DNA from: Opitutales bacterium
GTDB lineage: Bacteria; Verrucomicrobiota; Verrucomicrobiia; Opitutales; PNEW01
Length of the DNA stretch: 64,000 nucleotides
Direction: 5' to 3'
Assembly: GCA_965197745.1 (NCBI GenBank)
Contig: CBDANS010000006.1
Span: 128,001 to 192,000, forward strand
Under the pieces are notes generated by a model that did not search any database, was not told the DNA's origin, and saw only the letters and a list, made by a program, of their open reading frames with translations. Below, in pieces: positions 30,870 to 41,035 of this stretch; position 1 is the stretch's first letter; each line of letters starts with the position of its first letter. The translations under genes were made by a program, and so were the position numbers.

Positions 30870-31925
30870 TTGACACAACCTGCCCCCTCTTTTCTTCACT
30901 TAAAAATCTGTCAGCTAAACTTATGTTCCGTGAATAGACTGAAACTACATTCTGTTGATCATATCTCCGATGACTACATAGTTGAATTAATTCTGCGGGT
31001 ATATAGGAAAGAGCCCAAGCAGGTTCAGCGTATCAGTGAGGGTGCATTCGGCCTGATTTACAAGGTCTTGATTTCAGAAGAAGAAGGTTTTGTTGTCGTT
31101 AAGCTTTTTAAGTATTCAGATATAGGACAGTGTGAGAAGGAATGTCTTGAAGCACTAAAAATCCATTTGGGTAATCGTGTTAAGGTGCCGTCCGTAATCC
31201 ATTATGAACCGTATAACACTGAATTCAGTATTGAAGAAACTATTATCATGGAGTTTATCCCGGGAATAGAGGGGCGAAAATTAACAAATGATGAATTATT
31301 GAACCAGAAGCAGATTCCAATATTTCGAAACAATATGCTTTCAGTGTTGAAATTGCTTTCTCAGGTAACTCATCCCGAGGGGTTCGGGTCACTTAAAGGT
31401 CCTTTCTATAAACAATGGTGGGACTATTATGGTCAAAAGGTTGCAGGAATTCATAGAGGTATTGAAATGCAGTTAGAGAAAGATCAATGTACATTGTCTG
31501 AAAAAGTGATCGCAGTTGCTGAGCGATCGATTGGCTTAGGATCTAAAGTTTTTGCCACACATCGGCCTCAACCTGCACTGATACATGGAGACTTCTGTCC
31601 AGGTAATATTCTTGTAGATCCACAATCTTTGGAAGTCATCGGAGTTATTGATCCAATTCATTCGGAATGGGGAGATCATGAACTGGATAGTATACATCTG
31701 ATTAAAAGTAATGGGCATTTATATAAACTGTACGAAGGCTTTAAGGAAGATTATTGTCAGACTCATACTTTGTCCGTTGATGATGATGGATTGCGCCTTC
31801 GTTATTGGTATTATAATTTTTGGGCGTGGCTATCTTATTATGTCTTAATTGACCTGGACGACGGGCCGTGGTACGATCACTGCGCAAAAACTTTAAATAT
31901 AGAGCTAAATCGTCATTTTGATTAA
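30870..31925 (+). CDS. aminoglycoside phosphotransferase/fructosamine kinase-like protein
   Basis: GAFGLIY, VVKLF, IIMEFIPG, LIHGDFCPGNIL and GVIDP. Start is uncertain. Confidence 0.8.
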   Translation: MTQPAPSFLHLKICQLNLCSVNRLKLHSVDHISDDYIVELILRVYRKEPKQVQRISEGAFGLIYKVLISEEEGFVVVKLFKYSDIGQCEKECLEALKIHLGNRVKVPSVIHYEPYNTEFSIEETIIMEFIPGIEGRKLTNDELLNQKQIPIFRNNMLSVLKLLSQVTHPEGFGSLKGPFYKQWWDYYGQKVAGIHRGIEMQLEKDQCTLSEKVIAVAERSIGLGSKVFATHRPQPALIHGDFCPGNILVDPQSLEVIGVIDPIHSEWGDHELDSIHLIKSNGHLYKLYEGFKEDYCQTHTLSVDDDGLRLRYWYYNFWAWLSYYVLIDLDDGPWYDHCAKTLNIELNRHFD

Positions 31926-31966
31926 TATATAATGGAAGGAGAACCCTTTTTATCTTACCCCTTCCC

Positions 31967-32914
31967 TTACCAGGCGTGGGCCCACTCCATTTCGATCCAT
32001 TTGAGCGGTTTCTCCCCCAGCACCTTACAGCCGTGGTCCACATGATTGGGCGCGAAAATCAGGTCTCCGGCCTTCACTTCAGTCGTCGTATAACCGATCT
32101 CTAAGAGGCCTCGGCCCGAAAGTATATAAAAAGCCTGCTCCCGATCATAGTGGGCATGTGTCGGCGTCCCGCCATCTGGTCCGTATTGAGACAGGCCAGA
32201 CCTTACCATCAGACTGTTCGCTTTGAAATTATTCCGTCTTTCCAGGTCTTTCGGGTAATACAAGACAGAAGCCGAGAGCCGGGTATGGCCGCCCGCGCCA
32301 ATAATCGTTAACCCGGTGTCTTTCTGGCGTGGCGCAGGCGCCACGGTAATGTACCCGCCCTCCCTGAAATAGTCGAACGGATTACTGGATTCAGAGCGGA
32401 TGAGCGGTTTTATATTCGTGGTCGGCACGGCACCCTCCTCCATCCAGACAGCCTTCACCAGCCTTAACGGCTCCGCTCCCGTCACCTTCGCCGCAAAAGA
32501 CAGTCCGGAAGGGACGAAAATCACGTCCTCTTTCACCACATCGGATTTGAAGAATCCGATTTGAATATCGGCTGTTCCTCCCGCGACGATGAGCAAAGTT
32601 TCTACTTTTCCCTCTACCGCCTCTAGTAGCGCATCGCCGCCGGAAGCATATTCCAGGATAGAAACATGAGCCAGATATGAATTTCCCCGATGATCCCAAT
32701 CCCGATTATCTTTCGGGGATACGAGCATCGCCATCGACTTGCCCCGCTCACCTTTCGAATCGGGAACCGCCTTCAACGGGTTCGTCTCCTCATTAAAGAT
32801 CAAATGCCCCCACCCGGGGCCGTCGTCAGATTGAAGGGCTGCGGTGCAGAAGATTAGTGCCAGGACTAATGATGCGGTGACCCTGCGCGAGACCGATTTT
32901 TCAACTGCTTTCAA
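31967..32914 (-). CDS. exported bicupin protein
   Basis: Signal peptide and THAHYDREQAFYILSGRG...GDLIFAP..VDHG. Confidence 0.8.
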   Translation of the reverse strand: MKAVEKSVSRRVTASLVLALIFCTAALQSDDGPGWGHLIFNEETNPLKAVPDSKGERGKSMAMLVSPKDNRDWDHRGNSYLAHVSILEYASGGDALLEAVEGKVETLLIVAGGTADIQIGFFKSDVVKEDVIFVPSGLSFAAKVTGAEPLRLVKAVWMEEGAVPTTNIKPLIRSESSNPFDYFREGGYITVAPAPRQKDTGLTIIGAGGHTRLSASVLYYPKDLERRNNFKANSLMVRSGLSQYGPDGGTPTHAHYDREQAFYILSGRGLLEIGYTTTEVKAGDLIFAPNHVDHGCKVLGEKPLKWIEMEWAHAW

Positions 32915-33124
32915 GATACGTATGATATTATGTCTCAGAAGGAATTTTTTTAGACAAGAATCTCTTTTGGATAGCTAACCCGAAGACTTCTAAGTCTGTA
33001 CGTGTTTAGCATGATTGCAAATCCCTTATTCTTTTTATCTTTTCAAGGGCTTTTCGTCGTTCAGACGAAGTAATTATCTTAGGATGACAGAATGTGTATA
33101 AATCGATATCATGGAAACCCGAAA

Positions 33125-33183
33125 GGGGTCAGGCCCTGCATTTTGGCATTTATAATTATTTGCCAGTTTGCAGGGCCTGGCCC
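33125..33183. repeat. GGGTCAG palindrome, copy 3, abutting the IS4
   Basis: Same family as 19218. Confidence 0.8.
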
Positions 33184-34759
33184 GAATGGCGTTAAGATAA
33201 GGGTGGTTTAGGATGATAAAAGCCTTTGTTTTTTCGTGAAGCAGAGACGGTCATCATGGCTCGTGGATGAGTCAATCGTTGGAAAGGTATAGGTCTACGT
33301 TTGAGGACTCTTGGTTCGTATCGGAAGGGACGTAGGGGGACCGATTCGAGGGCAATGAGGTGTATCATCTCGTCAATGACAGATCGTTGGGCTCTGGGAT
33401 TAAACCGGGTGGCCGCGAGCGCACTTTGATATTGGCGGAGGGTGTCAACAGCCCCCTTGAAGCTTAGCCGGGAGAGGTCGCGGTGGAAGGCACTGGCAGC
33501 TTGCTGCAAAAGAGCGCGGATGAGAGATTGTAGGCGATGGCAAACATCGCAATCTCTTTGCGCACGAGAGCGACCGAGCGAGAGCGCAGGATCTCCATCC
33601 CCATGGTGGTTTTGATGTGGCGAAAGTAAAGCTCCACTGCCCAGCGCCGATAGTATAATTCTCCGAGATCGTGGTGGGAGTATTGGTGAGGATCGCTCAA
33701 GGTAGTCACGAGGTCTACGCTATGGGCGCGGAAACCTTTGATGAAAATGAAAATCTTCACCAGCCGTACGGGGATCTCATCAGGGATTTGCCGCCACTGC
33801 TCGCGACTGAAGCCGAAGACATTTTGCGGCTTCTTCCACATGATCAGCCGGTCATACCTACCCAAGGACCTGCCCTGACGAAAGTCGCTTCTTCGTTGCT
33901 GATGCAAACGCATGACCGCTTCAGCACCGCGGCCTTTAAGCAGGGCAATATTGAGGTAAGAGCAAAATCCCCGGTCGGCAAGGACCACATCACCCTTTTG
34001 AAAAAATCCGATCATGCCCCGCAACAGCACACTGTCATGATGCCTTAGTGAGGACTCCATCCAGTGTAAAAGCGCCCCACTGGCTAAAGAAAAACAGCCC
34101 ACCAGCTTCACCACCGGAAAGCCGCAGCCGCTTCGTTGCTGCGAAGGCTGTGGGTAACACCTCTGCAAGCACGGCGTATCGGCGGTGGCGATACCCGTGC
34201 CGTCGACCACTTTTACCTCGTGACCTTTCCACCGTTGATCGTCGGTCACTCTCCCGGCCACCTCTTCACTGATCGCTTCATGGATCCCGTGCAGGTCTTG
34301 CACCAACAGCCGTTGCCTCGCCTGACAGTAGGCCGAGGCCGTTCCTTTAGCCAACTTCAGCCCCTTCATGCTGCAATAGCTCTGGAGCTTGCGCACCACT
34401 TCCCGGCAGGCAGTCCGTGGTGAGAGCACTTGGAACAAAAATGCCCAGAAGGTCACGTTTTGGCTGAACAATCTCCGCCGGCTGTTAGCCCCTCGAGGCT
34501 TCCGGTGTAAATACTTTTGCGGCACCCACTGCCCGAAGATATCCGATAGCTCGGAAAGACTTGACCGCCGTATTTCTACCAGCTTACCCTCCATCTGTGC
34601 AAGGGCTGTTCGGGGAGCACGACCGAACAGGACCTGATTAAATCCTGGAAAATAACGAGTTAAGTTTTGTTTTTGCATGCTCGTTAGGGTAGCTCTCCAA
34701 CGGTCCCTGTACAAGCATCTATTGCACTCATTCTATCCCTTATCTTAACGCCATTCGGG
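33181..34759 (-). mobile_element. IS4-family element; transposase frameshifted near 33520-33525
   Basis: 23-bp inverted repeats CCCGAATGGCGTTAAGATAAGGG (the outer CCC may belong to the REPs). DDE motifs VVDGT and LADRGF, and YYRRWAVELYFRHIK. Confidence 0.9.
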
Positions 34760-35803
34760 TCAGACTGCGAATTCTTTGATTTTATTCAAGGTTCTGTAGG
34801 CTTTACTTCTGTTCTTCTGCTCACGCCGAAAGATACTAACATTGTGACTAACCGAATTATACTCACCCATATTCAACCTGGCTGCGATCCATCCGTTTCT
34901 GGCTGATGTATGTTCTTTCAGTGTCAGGGCGATGGCCAATTTCCATTCCGCTGATTTCCTGTCTTTCTCAATGTCAGACTTCGTCTTCTTCAGAGATCTC
35001 AGACATTCTTCCAAAGTGGTTTCCCAACCGAGCTCATTAAGCTCCTGTACTTCCCCGGCCTCCATGTGCATCAAGGAACGCGATTCCTTGAAGTCTTTAA
35101 CTAAGGCTTTCTTGTACCCTCTACTTCCTATGCACGATCCTCGGCTCAATCTCCTGCGTTGCTTCTCAAGTTTCTCATCATCAGTCGTATGAGTTTGGCG
35201 CAACAATTCCAGATACTCTCGCCATCCCGCTGCATTATCCTCAATCCTTCCCAGGTCATAAAGCCAGTCTTGCAATGAAGCACTTTCTCACGCTTTCGCT
35301 GTAGAAACTTCGGTAGACTGCTGAACGCGTAATCGCCTACATGGCCAATGCTTACGATTCCAGCCCGTACTGGGTTTAAGTGAATGTAATTTACCACCTC
35401 ACACAGGGCCGTTCCAGGCTCAACTACCAGTGACTTATAACGCCCTTGAAAGAGATGTCCATTCTCTCCTCGCAGTCGATTGAATCGATTCGCGAAGGTG
35501 GACTGCAGCCATTGCATCCCGAAGATCAGATTCCCCTTTGGCGTTGCAATCGCCAGGTGGTAATGATTGCGCATAATTACATAGGCATACAGCCACCACC
35601 CGGACTTCTCGCACGCTTCAATCAGCGTCCGTATGAAAGCTCTCTTTGTCTTCGCCGAATAGAACAGGTCCCGGCGATAGTTTCCCCGGTTGATGATGTG
35701 GTAGAGCCCGTCGTTACTTTCAATCCTTGATTTTCGAGCCATTTTCTAGCAATTCCAGTCCTCCAATAGTTTCTTATCAAACAAAGTATTCGCAGTCTGA
35801 CCC
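34757..35803 (-). mobile_element. REP-associated tyrosine transposase (RAYT) gene, frameshifted near 35275, bracketed by ~21-bp inverted repeats GGGTCAGACTGCGAAT
   Basis: YHIINRGN, MRNHYHL (HUH), HLFQGRYKS and YIHLNPVRAG. Inverted repeats at 34757 and 35783-35803. Confidence 0.85.
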
Positions 35804-35811
35804 TTTTTTTC

Positions 35812-36425
35812 TGTGTCGTTGAACAAATCGGTGAATACCGCTGGAGTAGTTTAGCCTGGTATCTACAAAAGAACCGTCCTCCGCTGTTAAATATGGATGC
35901 CGTATTGTCAGCAATCGGTGGAATCAAGGATAGCCCGATAGCCCATATGCACATAAGAAGTATTTGGTTTACCTGAAGTTTCTGGCAGAGAGTGAATCAG
36001 ATCGCAAAGCGTTGGCTTTCGATGTACTCAGTAAGGGATGGTGTCAGGGATCTACGGAATTTAAAGAGGATTCGATCAAACGGTTGAAAAAAAAGGGAGC
36101 AGATCTGGAGCGTACCACATTGCTGGGAGTCCAGTCAGTAGAATTCAGTGATGTCAGAGAGATGCAATGGGATTTAATGCTCTCAAAATTGGCCAAGAAG
36201 GCGCGGATCAACCTGGTTGACCTACCTGACAAAAAATCTGCTTTTGAAAAAGTGCTGTTGGCGAGTTTGATGAAACAAACTAGCTCGGTGAGTAATGGTT
36301 GGCTGGCAGAACGTTTATCTATGGGTCAACCGTCAAGCGTAAGTCAGTTTGTGAGGCGAATGGAGTTGAAAAGGGACGAATTGTGGGTGAAGAAAGAAAA
36401 GATTTTGTCAAATGTCAAGACATGA
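35812..36425 (+). pseudogene. 3' fragment of a second RAYT gene, ending in TGACCCC
   Basis: EYRWSSL, LSKGWCQGS and SNGWLAERLSMG parallel the C-terminus of the adjacent RAYT. Confidence 0.7.
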
Positions 36426-36517
36426 CCCCATTTGATTCCAGCTTGGTAAAAAAATCTTTCAATCAACTAATCCATCCTATACATTTGCTTGCTAATGCTC
36501 TATTCTGAACTTTAAAA

Positions 36518-36910
36518 ATGCCCGTAATAAGAACCAGCGAAAGTTCACTTAAAGGCAACAACCGACCGGAAGGATGTGATAAAACAGCAGCCGGTGTATT
36601 TTGCGTTTCAACATCAGACGGTAAATTTGATTGTCACTATCACGACTGCGACGAGTACTGGCTTATCTTTAAGGGTAAGGCAAAAATCTCCAGTGAGAAA
36701 AAAGAATATTACGTGAAATCCGGTGACATCGTTTATACCAGGACGGGAGATGAACACGATGTCCTGGAAATATATGAAGATCTGGAAGCTTTTTATTTTG
36801 AAGATGTAACTCCCGAAGGGGGAAGGGTCGGACACTTGCACAAAAGCGAAGAGAAAGCTCAAGGACACCCCGTTCCCGCGATGCCTCTACCCGCTGATTT
36901 TCCTGCGTAA
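36518..36910 (+). CDS. cupin domain protein
   Basis: HYHDCDEYW...GDIVYTRTGDEH. Confidence 0.85.
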   Translation: MPVIRTSESSLKGNNRPEGCDKTAAGVFCVSTSDGKFDCHYHDCDEYWLIFKGKAKISSEKKEYYVKSGDIVYTRTGDEHDVLEIYEDLEAFYFEDVTPEGGRVGHLHKSEEKAQGHPVPAMPLPADFPA

Positions 36911-36943
36911 TATTTCTTTTTTACGCATGTTCATAGTTTTATC

Positions 36944-38011
36944 ATGATGGGTAAACAACTGCGTTATATTATTGTAGGAATTGGCGACATGGGCACGTCT
37001 TGGTGTAAATTAACGCTGCCTCGTCTTGCTGACTTAGGGAAAGCAATACCCGCAGCCGCTGTCGATGTCGACGCGGACCGTCTTCAAAATGCAAAAGAGC
37101 ATTTGGGGCTGTCGACAGACCTTTGTTTTACCGATATTAATACCGCATTCGACAAAGTAAGAGCGGACTTCGCGATTGTTGTCACCCCACCTGTTTTTCA
37201 TGAGGCGGTTGTCGATGCGGCACTCGCCCATGATATGGACATCCTCTCGGAAAAACCAATAGCTGATAGTATTGAAACCTGTTGCCGTATTTATAAGAAA
37301 GTCACATCCGCCGGAAAAAAAATGGCGGTGACCATGACCCACCGATTCGACCAGGATAAACAATCATTAGAAGCCGCGGTGCAAAGCGGCGAATATGGGC
37401 ACCTGGATTATGCCGTGGGGCGTTTCACCATGGCCTTTAGAAAATATGGTGCTTGGGGTGCAACATTTCGAAATGAAATGCCCGACCCACTTCTTATCGA
37501 AGGCACCGTGCACCATTTTGATATCTTTCGCGGTTTGGCAAGATCAGACTGTGAGACCGTTTACACGGTCAGCTGGAATCCCACATGGGGCGAATACGCT
37601 GGCGATAGCCAGGCTCTCATCACGATGAAAATGACTAATGGCGTGAAATGCTTCTGGGAGGGAGCGAAATGCAATGCCGTAACCCTGAACGGGTGGACTA
37701 AGGATTACTTACGCGTTGAATGCGAAAGCGGCACGCTTGAACTCGATGCCCGGAGGTTGAGGATGCTTGATCCTCGTATTGATGGAGAGATTACCGGAAA
37801 GGAATTGCCCCTGGCCAGCGGTGAAGTCTGGAAAAACGAGTTGCTTGCGGAGATGTTTTGCGATTGGCTGTCAGGAGAAAGAGAAGAGCATCCTACTCGA
37901 TTGGAAGACAATATACAATGCGCCGCACTACTCTACGCAGCTGTTGAATCCGCGCATACCGGACAGCCGGTAAATGTTCAGCATTTCCTGCAACAATATA
38001 TGAATGCTTAA
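36944..38011 (+). CDS. Gfo/Idh/MocA oxidoreductase
   Basis: IVGIGDMG, VVTPP, SEKP and VHHFD. Confidence 0.9.
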   Translation: MMGKQLRYIIVGIGDMGTSWCKLTLPRLADLGKAIPAAAVDVDADRLQNAKEHLGLSTDLCFTDINTAFDKVRADFAIVVTPPVFHEAVVDAALAHDMDILSEKPIADSIETCCRIYKKVTSAGKKMAVTMTHRFDQDKQSLEAAVQSGEYGHLDYAVGRFTMAFRKYGAWGATFRNEMPDPLLIEGTVHHFDIFRGLARSDCETVYTVSWNPTWGEYAGDSQALITMKMTNGVKCFWEGAKCNAVTLNGWTKDYLRVECESGTLELDARRLRMLDPRIDGEITGKELPLASGEVWKNELLAEMFCDWLSGEREEHPTRLEDNIQCAALLYAAVESAHTGQPVNVQHFLQQYMNA

Positions 38012-38234
38012 GCACATCACCTTTGTTAATACCCCAATCCTGATTAAGGTGATGTAAGAAAGTGTCTACCCAGGTACCGACGGTTGAAGATCCTCGTCTG
38101 TTTGCGAACAAGGTAGGGGATACTGATTAGATAACAGCGCTTATAGGTATACTACCTGTCAGATCAAATTCCCTATGATCTAAATGAAAAACTGGACAGC
38201 TTTTTCATTCAAAGGCACTGTCATCACAGATCCA

Positions 38235-40796
38235 ATGAATCGTCTATTAATAATTCTGTTATCTTTTGTCGTTAGTCTATTTTTTACGGGGTGCAGTGAA
38301 AGTGAAGCCCCGAAATCGGAAGCCATCACTTGGGAGGAACTACCCGAGCTTCCGAAAACGATTGGTCTGGGAGGCGCATTTGCCGGTGTCAGCAACGGCG
38401 CACTGATCGTCGCTGGTGGGGCGAATTTTCCCGTTGAACCAGAGTGGGAGAATGGAACAAAAGTCTGGTTTGACGCGATCTATGTTTTAACTCCTGAAAA
38501 TAAAGAGAAGGAGTGGTTAACTGGATTCAAACTTAATCAACCCCTCGCTTACGGTGCCTCGGTAAGCATGGAAGAAAGCCTGATCCTTATCGGTGGCAGT
38601 GATGCAGAGCGCAATTACGATGTGGTCACTCAACTCACATGGATTCCAGAAACCCAGAAGATTGAGCAAGAATCTCTGCCTTCTCTACCGCAACCGATAT
38701 CCCATACCGGTGCAGCGATAATAGGTAAGACCTTATATGTTGTCGGTGGCCAGGTCGACGAAGAAAGTGAAGGATTAACTAATGTATTCTGGTCTCTTAA
38801 CTTGAGCGACAAGGATGCAGAGTGGGAAGTATTAAAGCCTTGGGATGGTCCTGCCCGGAGAAAATCGATCGTAGCTGTCCAAAATATGGGTGATAGAATT
38901 TATTTATACATTTTAGGAGGTGAGGGAAAGCTAAATTTTATTCCTTTGACCGATGGCTATCGTTACTCGTTAAGGTTTAAGCAATGGGCGCGTATTGCTG
39001 ATGTACCGCATCCCGTAATGGCAGCTCCCGGGTTAGCCTACGGCCAATCGCACATCCTGGTATTCGGTGGAGCGACAGGTGATTATCTCGGTCAGATTCT
39101 AAGGGATGACTACCCTGGATTTTCCCCCGATCTGCTCGTATATCACACGATCACCGACACCTGGCTAATCAAAGAAGAAACACCATTAAGTGTGGTCACC
39201 TCGAATGCCGTGTCCTGGGGAGGTGGTATTGTGTTAACGAGCGGTGAGATTCGACCGAGCAGAAGAACACCCAAAGTCCAGCTTATGATCCATGACACCG
39301 GTGCGCGCGCCACCTTTGGCATTACCAATTACCTCTTTCTCATTATCTATATAATAAGCCTGGTATACATGGGCCTCTATTTTTCAAAACGGGAGAAGGG
39401 AACGGATGATTACTTCCTCGCCGGTCGCCGTGTTCCCTGGTGGGCCTCAGGGCTCAGTGTCTTAGGGACAGGGCTTAGCGCTCTCACTTATATTTCCCTC
39501 CCTGCATTAGTTTATGGCACGGACTGGTTCCCATATCCCGGGGAAATCGCGCTCATTATCGTCCCCATCATCACTATCTACTTTTATCTACCTTTCTTCA
39601 GAAGGCTCAACCTCGTCTCCGCTTTTGAATACCTTGAAAAACGTTTTAACCTCCCGGTACGCTTATACGGTAGCGCACAGTTTATCATTTTTCAATTGGT
39701 CCGAATCAGTATCGTGATGTATTTACCCGCCATCGTACTCTCCACGATCACCGGTATAAACATTTATATGTGCATACTATCGATGGGACTGCTGAGTACC
39801 TTTTATACTGTACTTGGTGGTATTGAAGCGGTTGTTTGGACTGATGTTTTTCAAGTTATTATTTTCTTTGGTGGAATCATCATGGCCCTGGTTATTATTC
39901 CCTTTCATATCGATGGCGGTGTTATGGAGATGTTCAAAACCGGGATGGCTGATGATAAATTCCGCATTCTTTACCTGGAATGGGATATAACTGCGACAAC
40001 CTTTTGGGCAGTCGTTATTGGTGGTGGGTTTGGCACCTTAATTCAGTATACCGCGGATCAGTCGATGATCCAAAGGTATCTCACAACAAAGGATGAAAAA
40101 GCGGCCGCTAAAGGTTTATGGTTAAACGTAGCGATAGCTATCCCTACCGGATTATTATTTTACTTCATGGGAACAGCATTATACGTCTATTACAAATCTC
40201 ACCCTTCAAACCTTAATATGGGCATGCAGAATGATGCGATCTTACCTTTATTTATTTCACAGAAAATACCCGTGGGTCTTGCCGGATTTGTCATAGCCGC
40301 AATTTTTTCCGCCGCGATGTCCAGCCTGGACAGCGGCATGAACTCGATGGCCACGGCCTTCGTCACCGACTTTTACCGTCGATTCAATCCAGCAGCCTCA
40401 GAACATAGCTGTTTAAATCTCGCGCGATGGGCCACTTTGATTATCGGAGTATTTGCTACCTCGGTTGCCTTAATCATGGTAACCTTTGACATCAAGTCAG
40501 CTGCTCTCTTTTTTACATCTGTGCTAGGCTTATTCAGCAGTGGTCTGGCGGGGCTATTCGCCCTGGGAATATTTACGCGACGGTCAAATGGGATCGGCGC
40601 TTTTATTGGAGCGATCACGAGCGCGCTCGTCCTGTTTATTATAAAATACTATACTGAAATTAATTTTTACTATTACGCATTTCTTGGATTTGTCGTTTGT
40701 TTCATCGTGGGTTACTTCGCCAGTCTGATAATTCCAGAGAGAAAAAAATCCATGGAAGGACTCACCCTCTATACCGCTTTCCCTAGAGTGAATTAA
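38235..40796 (+). CDS. lipoprotein Kelch/NanM-like mutarotase domain fused to a sodium:solute symporter
   Basis: FFTGC lipobox, Kelch GG repeats (AGGANFP, GEIRP), and SSS motifs DYFLAGR, GGIEAVVWTD, IQRYL and AAMSSLDS. Confidence 0.9.
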   Translation: MNRLLIILLSFVVSLFFTGCSESEAPKSEAITWEELPELPKTIGLGGAFAGVSNGALIVAGGANFPVEPEWENGTKVWFDAIYVLTPENKEKEWLTGFKLNQPLAYGASVSMEESLILIGGSDAERNYDVVTQLTWIPETQKIEQESLPSLPQPISHTGAAIIGKTLYVVGGQVDEESEGLTNVFWSLNLSDKDAEWEVLKPWDGPARRKSIVAVQNMGDRIYLYILGGEGKLNFIPLTDGYRYSLRFKQWARIADVPHPVMAAPGLAYGQSHILVFGGATGDYLGQILRDDYPGFSPDLLVYHTITDTWLIKEETPLSVVTSNAVSWGGGIVLTSGEIRPSRRTPKVQLMIHDTGARATFGITNYLFLIIYIISLVYMGLYFSKREKGTDDYFLAGRRVPWWASGLSVLGTGLSALTYISLPALVYGTDWFPYPGEIALIIVPIITIYFYLPFFRRLNLVSAFEYLEKRFNLPVRLYGSAQFIIFQLVRISIVMYLPAIVLSTITGINIYMCILSMGLLSTFYTVLGGIEAVVWTDVFQVIIFFGGIIMALVIIPFHIDGGVMEMFKTGMADDKFRILYLEWDITATTFWAVVIGGGFGTLIQYTADQSMIQRYLTTKDEKAAAKGLWLNVAIAIPTGLLFYFMGTALYVYYKSHPSNLNMGMQNDAILPLFISQKIPVGLAGFVIAAIFSAAMSSLDSGMNSMATAFVTDFYRRFNPAASEHSCLNLARWATLIIGVFATSVALIMVTFDIKSAALFFTSVLGLFSSGLAGLFALGIFTRRSNGIGAFIGAITSALVLFIIKYYTEINFYYYAFLGFVVCFIVGYFASLIIPERKKSMEGLTLYTAFPRVN

Positions 40797-41035
40797 AGAA
40801 GTAAACAGTAATCAGTCACCGTTTTCCACTTCAGTGAAATTAAAGCTGCTCATGTTTGGATCCTCTCTTGACATTGCGAGGCGCAATGACAATAAGGTGG
40901 AACGCGCTGAAACAATTGCGGATTTCGGATTTTTCCTAACGGTTTTCAAACTGAAACCTGCATTCTGCGCCATCTACCCCTATGACCTTTCACTGTATCC
41001 AATCCGCAATCCGAGATCCGAAATCTGCAATTGTA

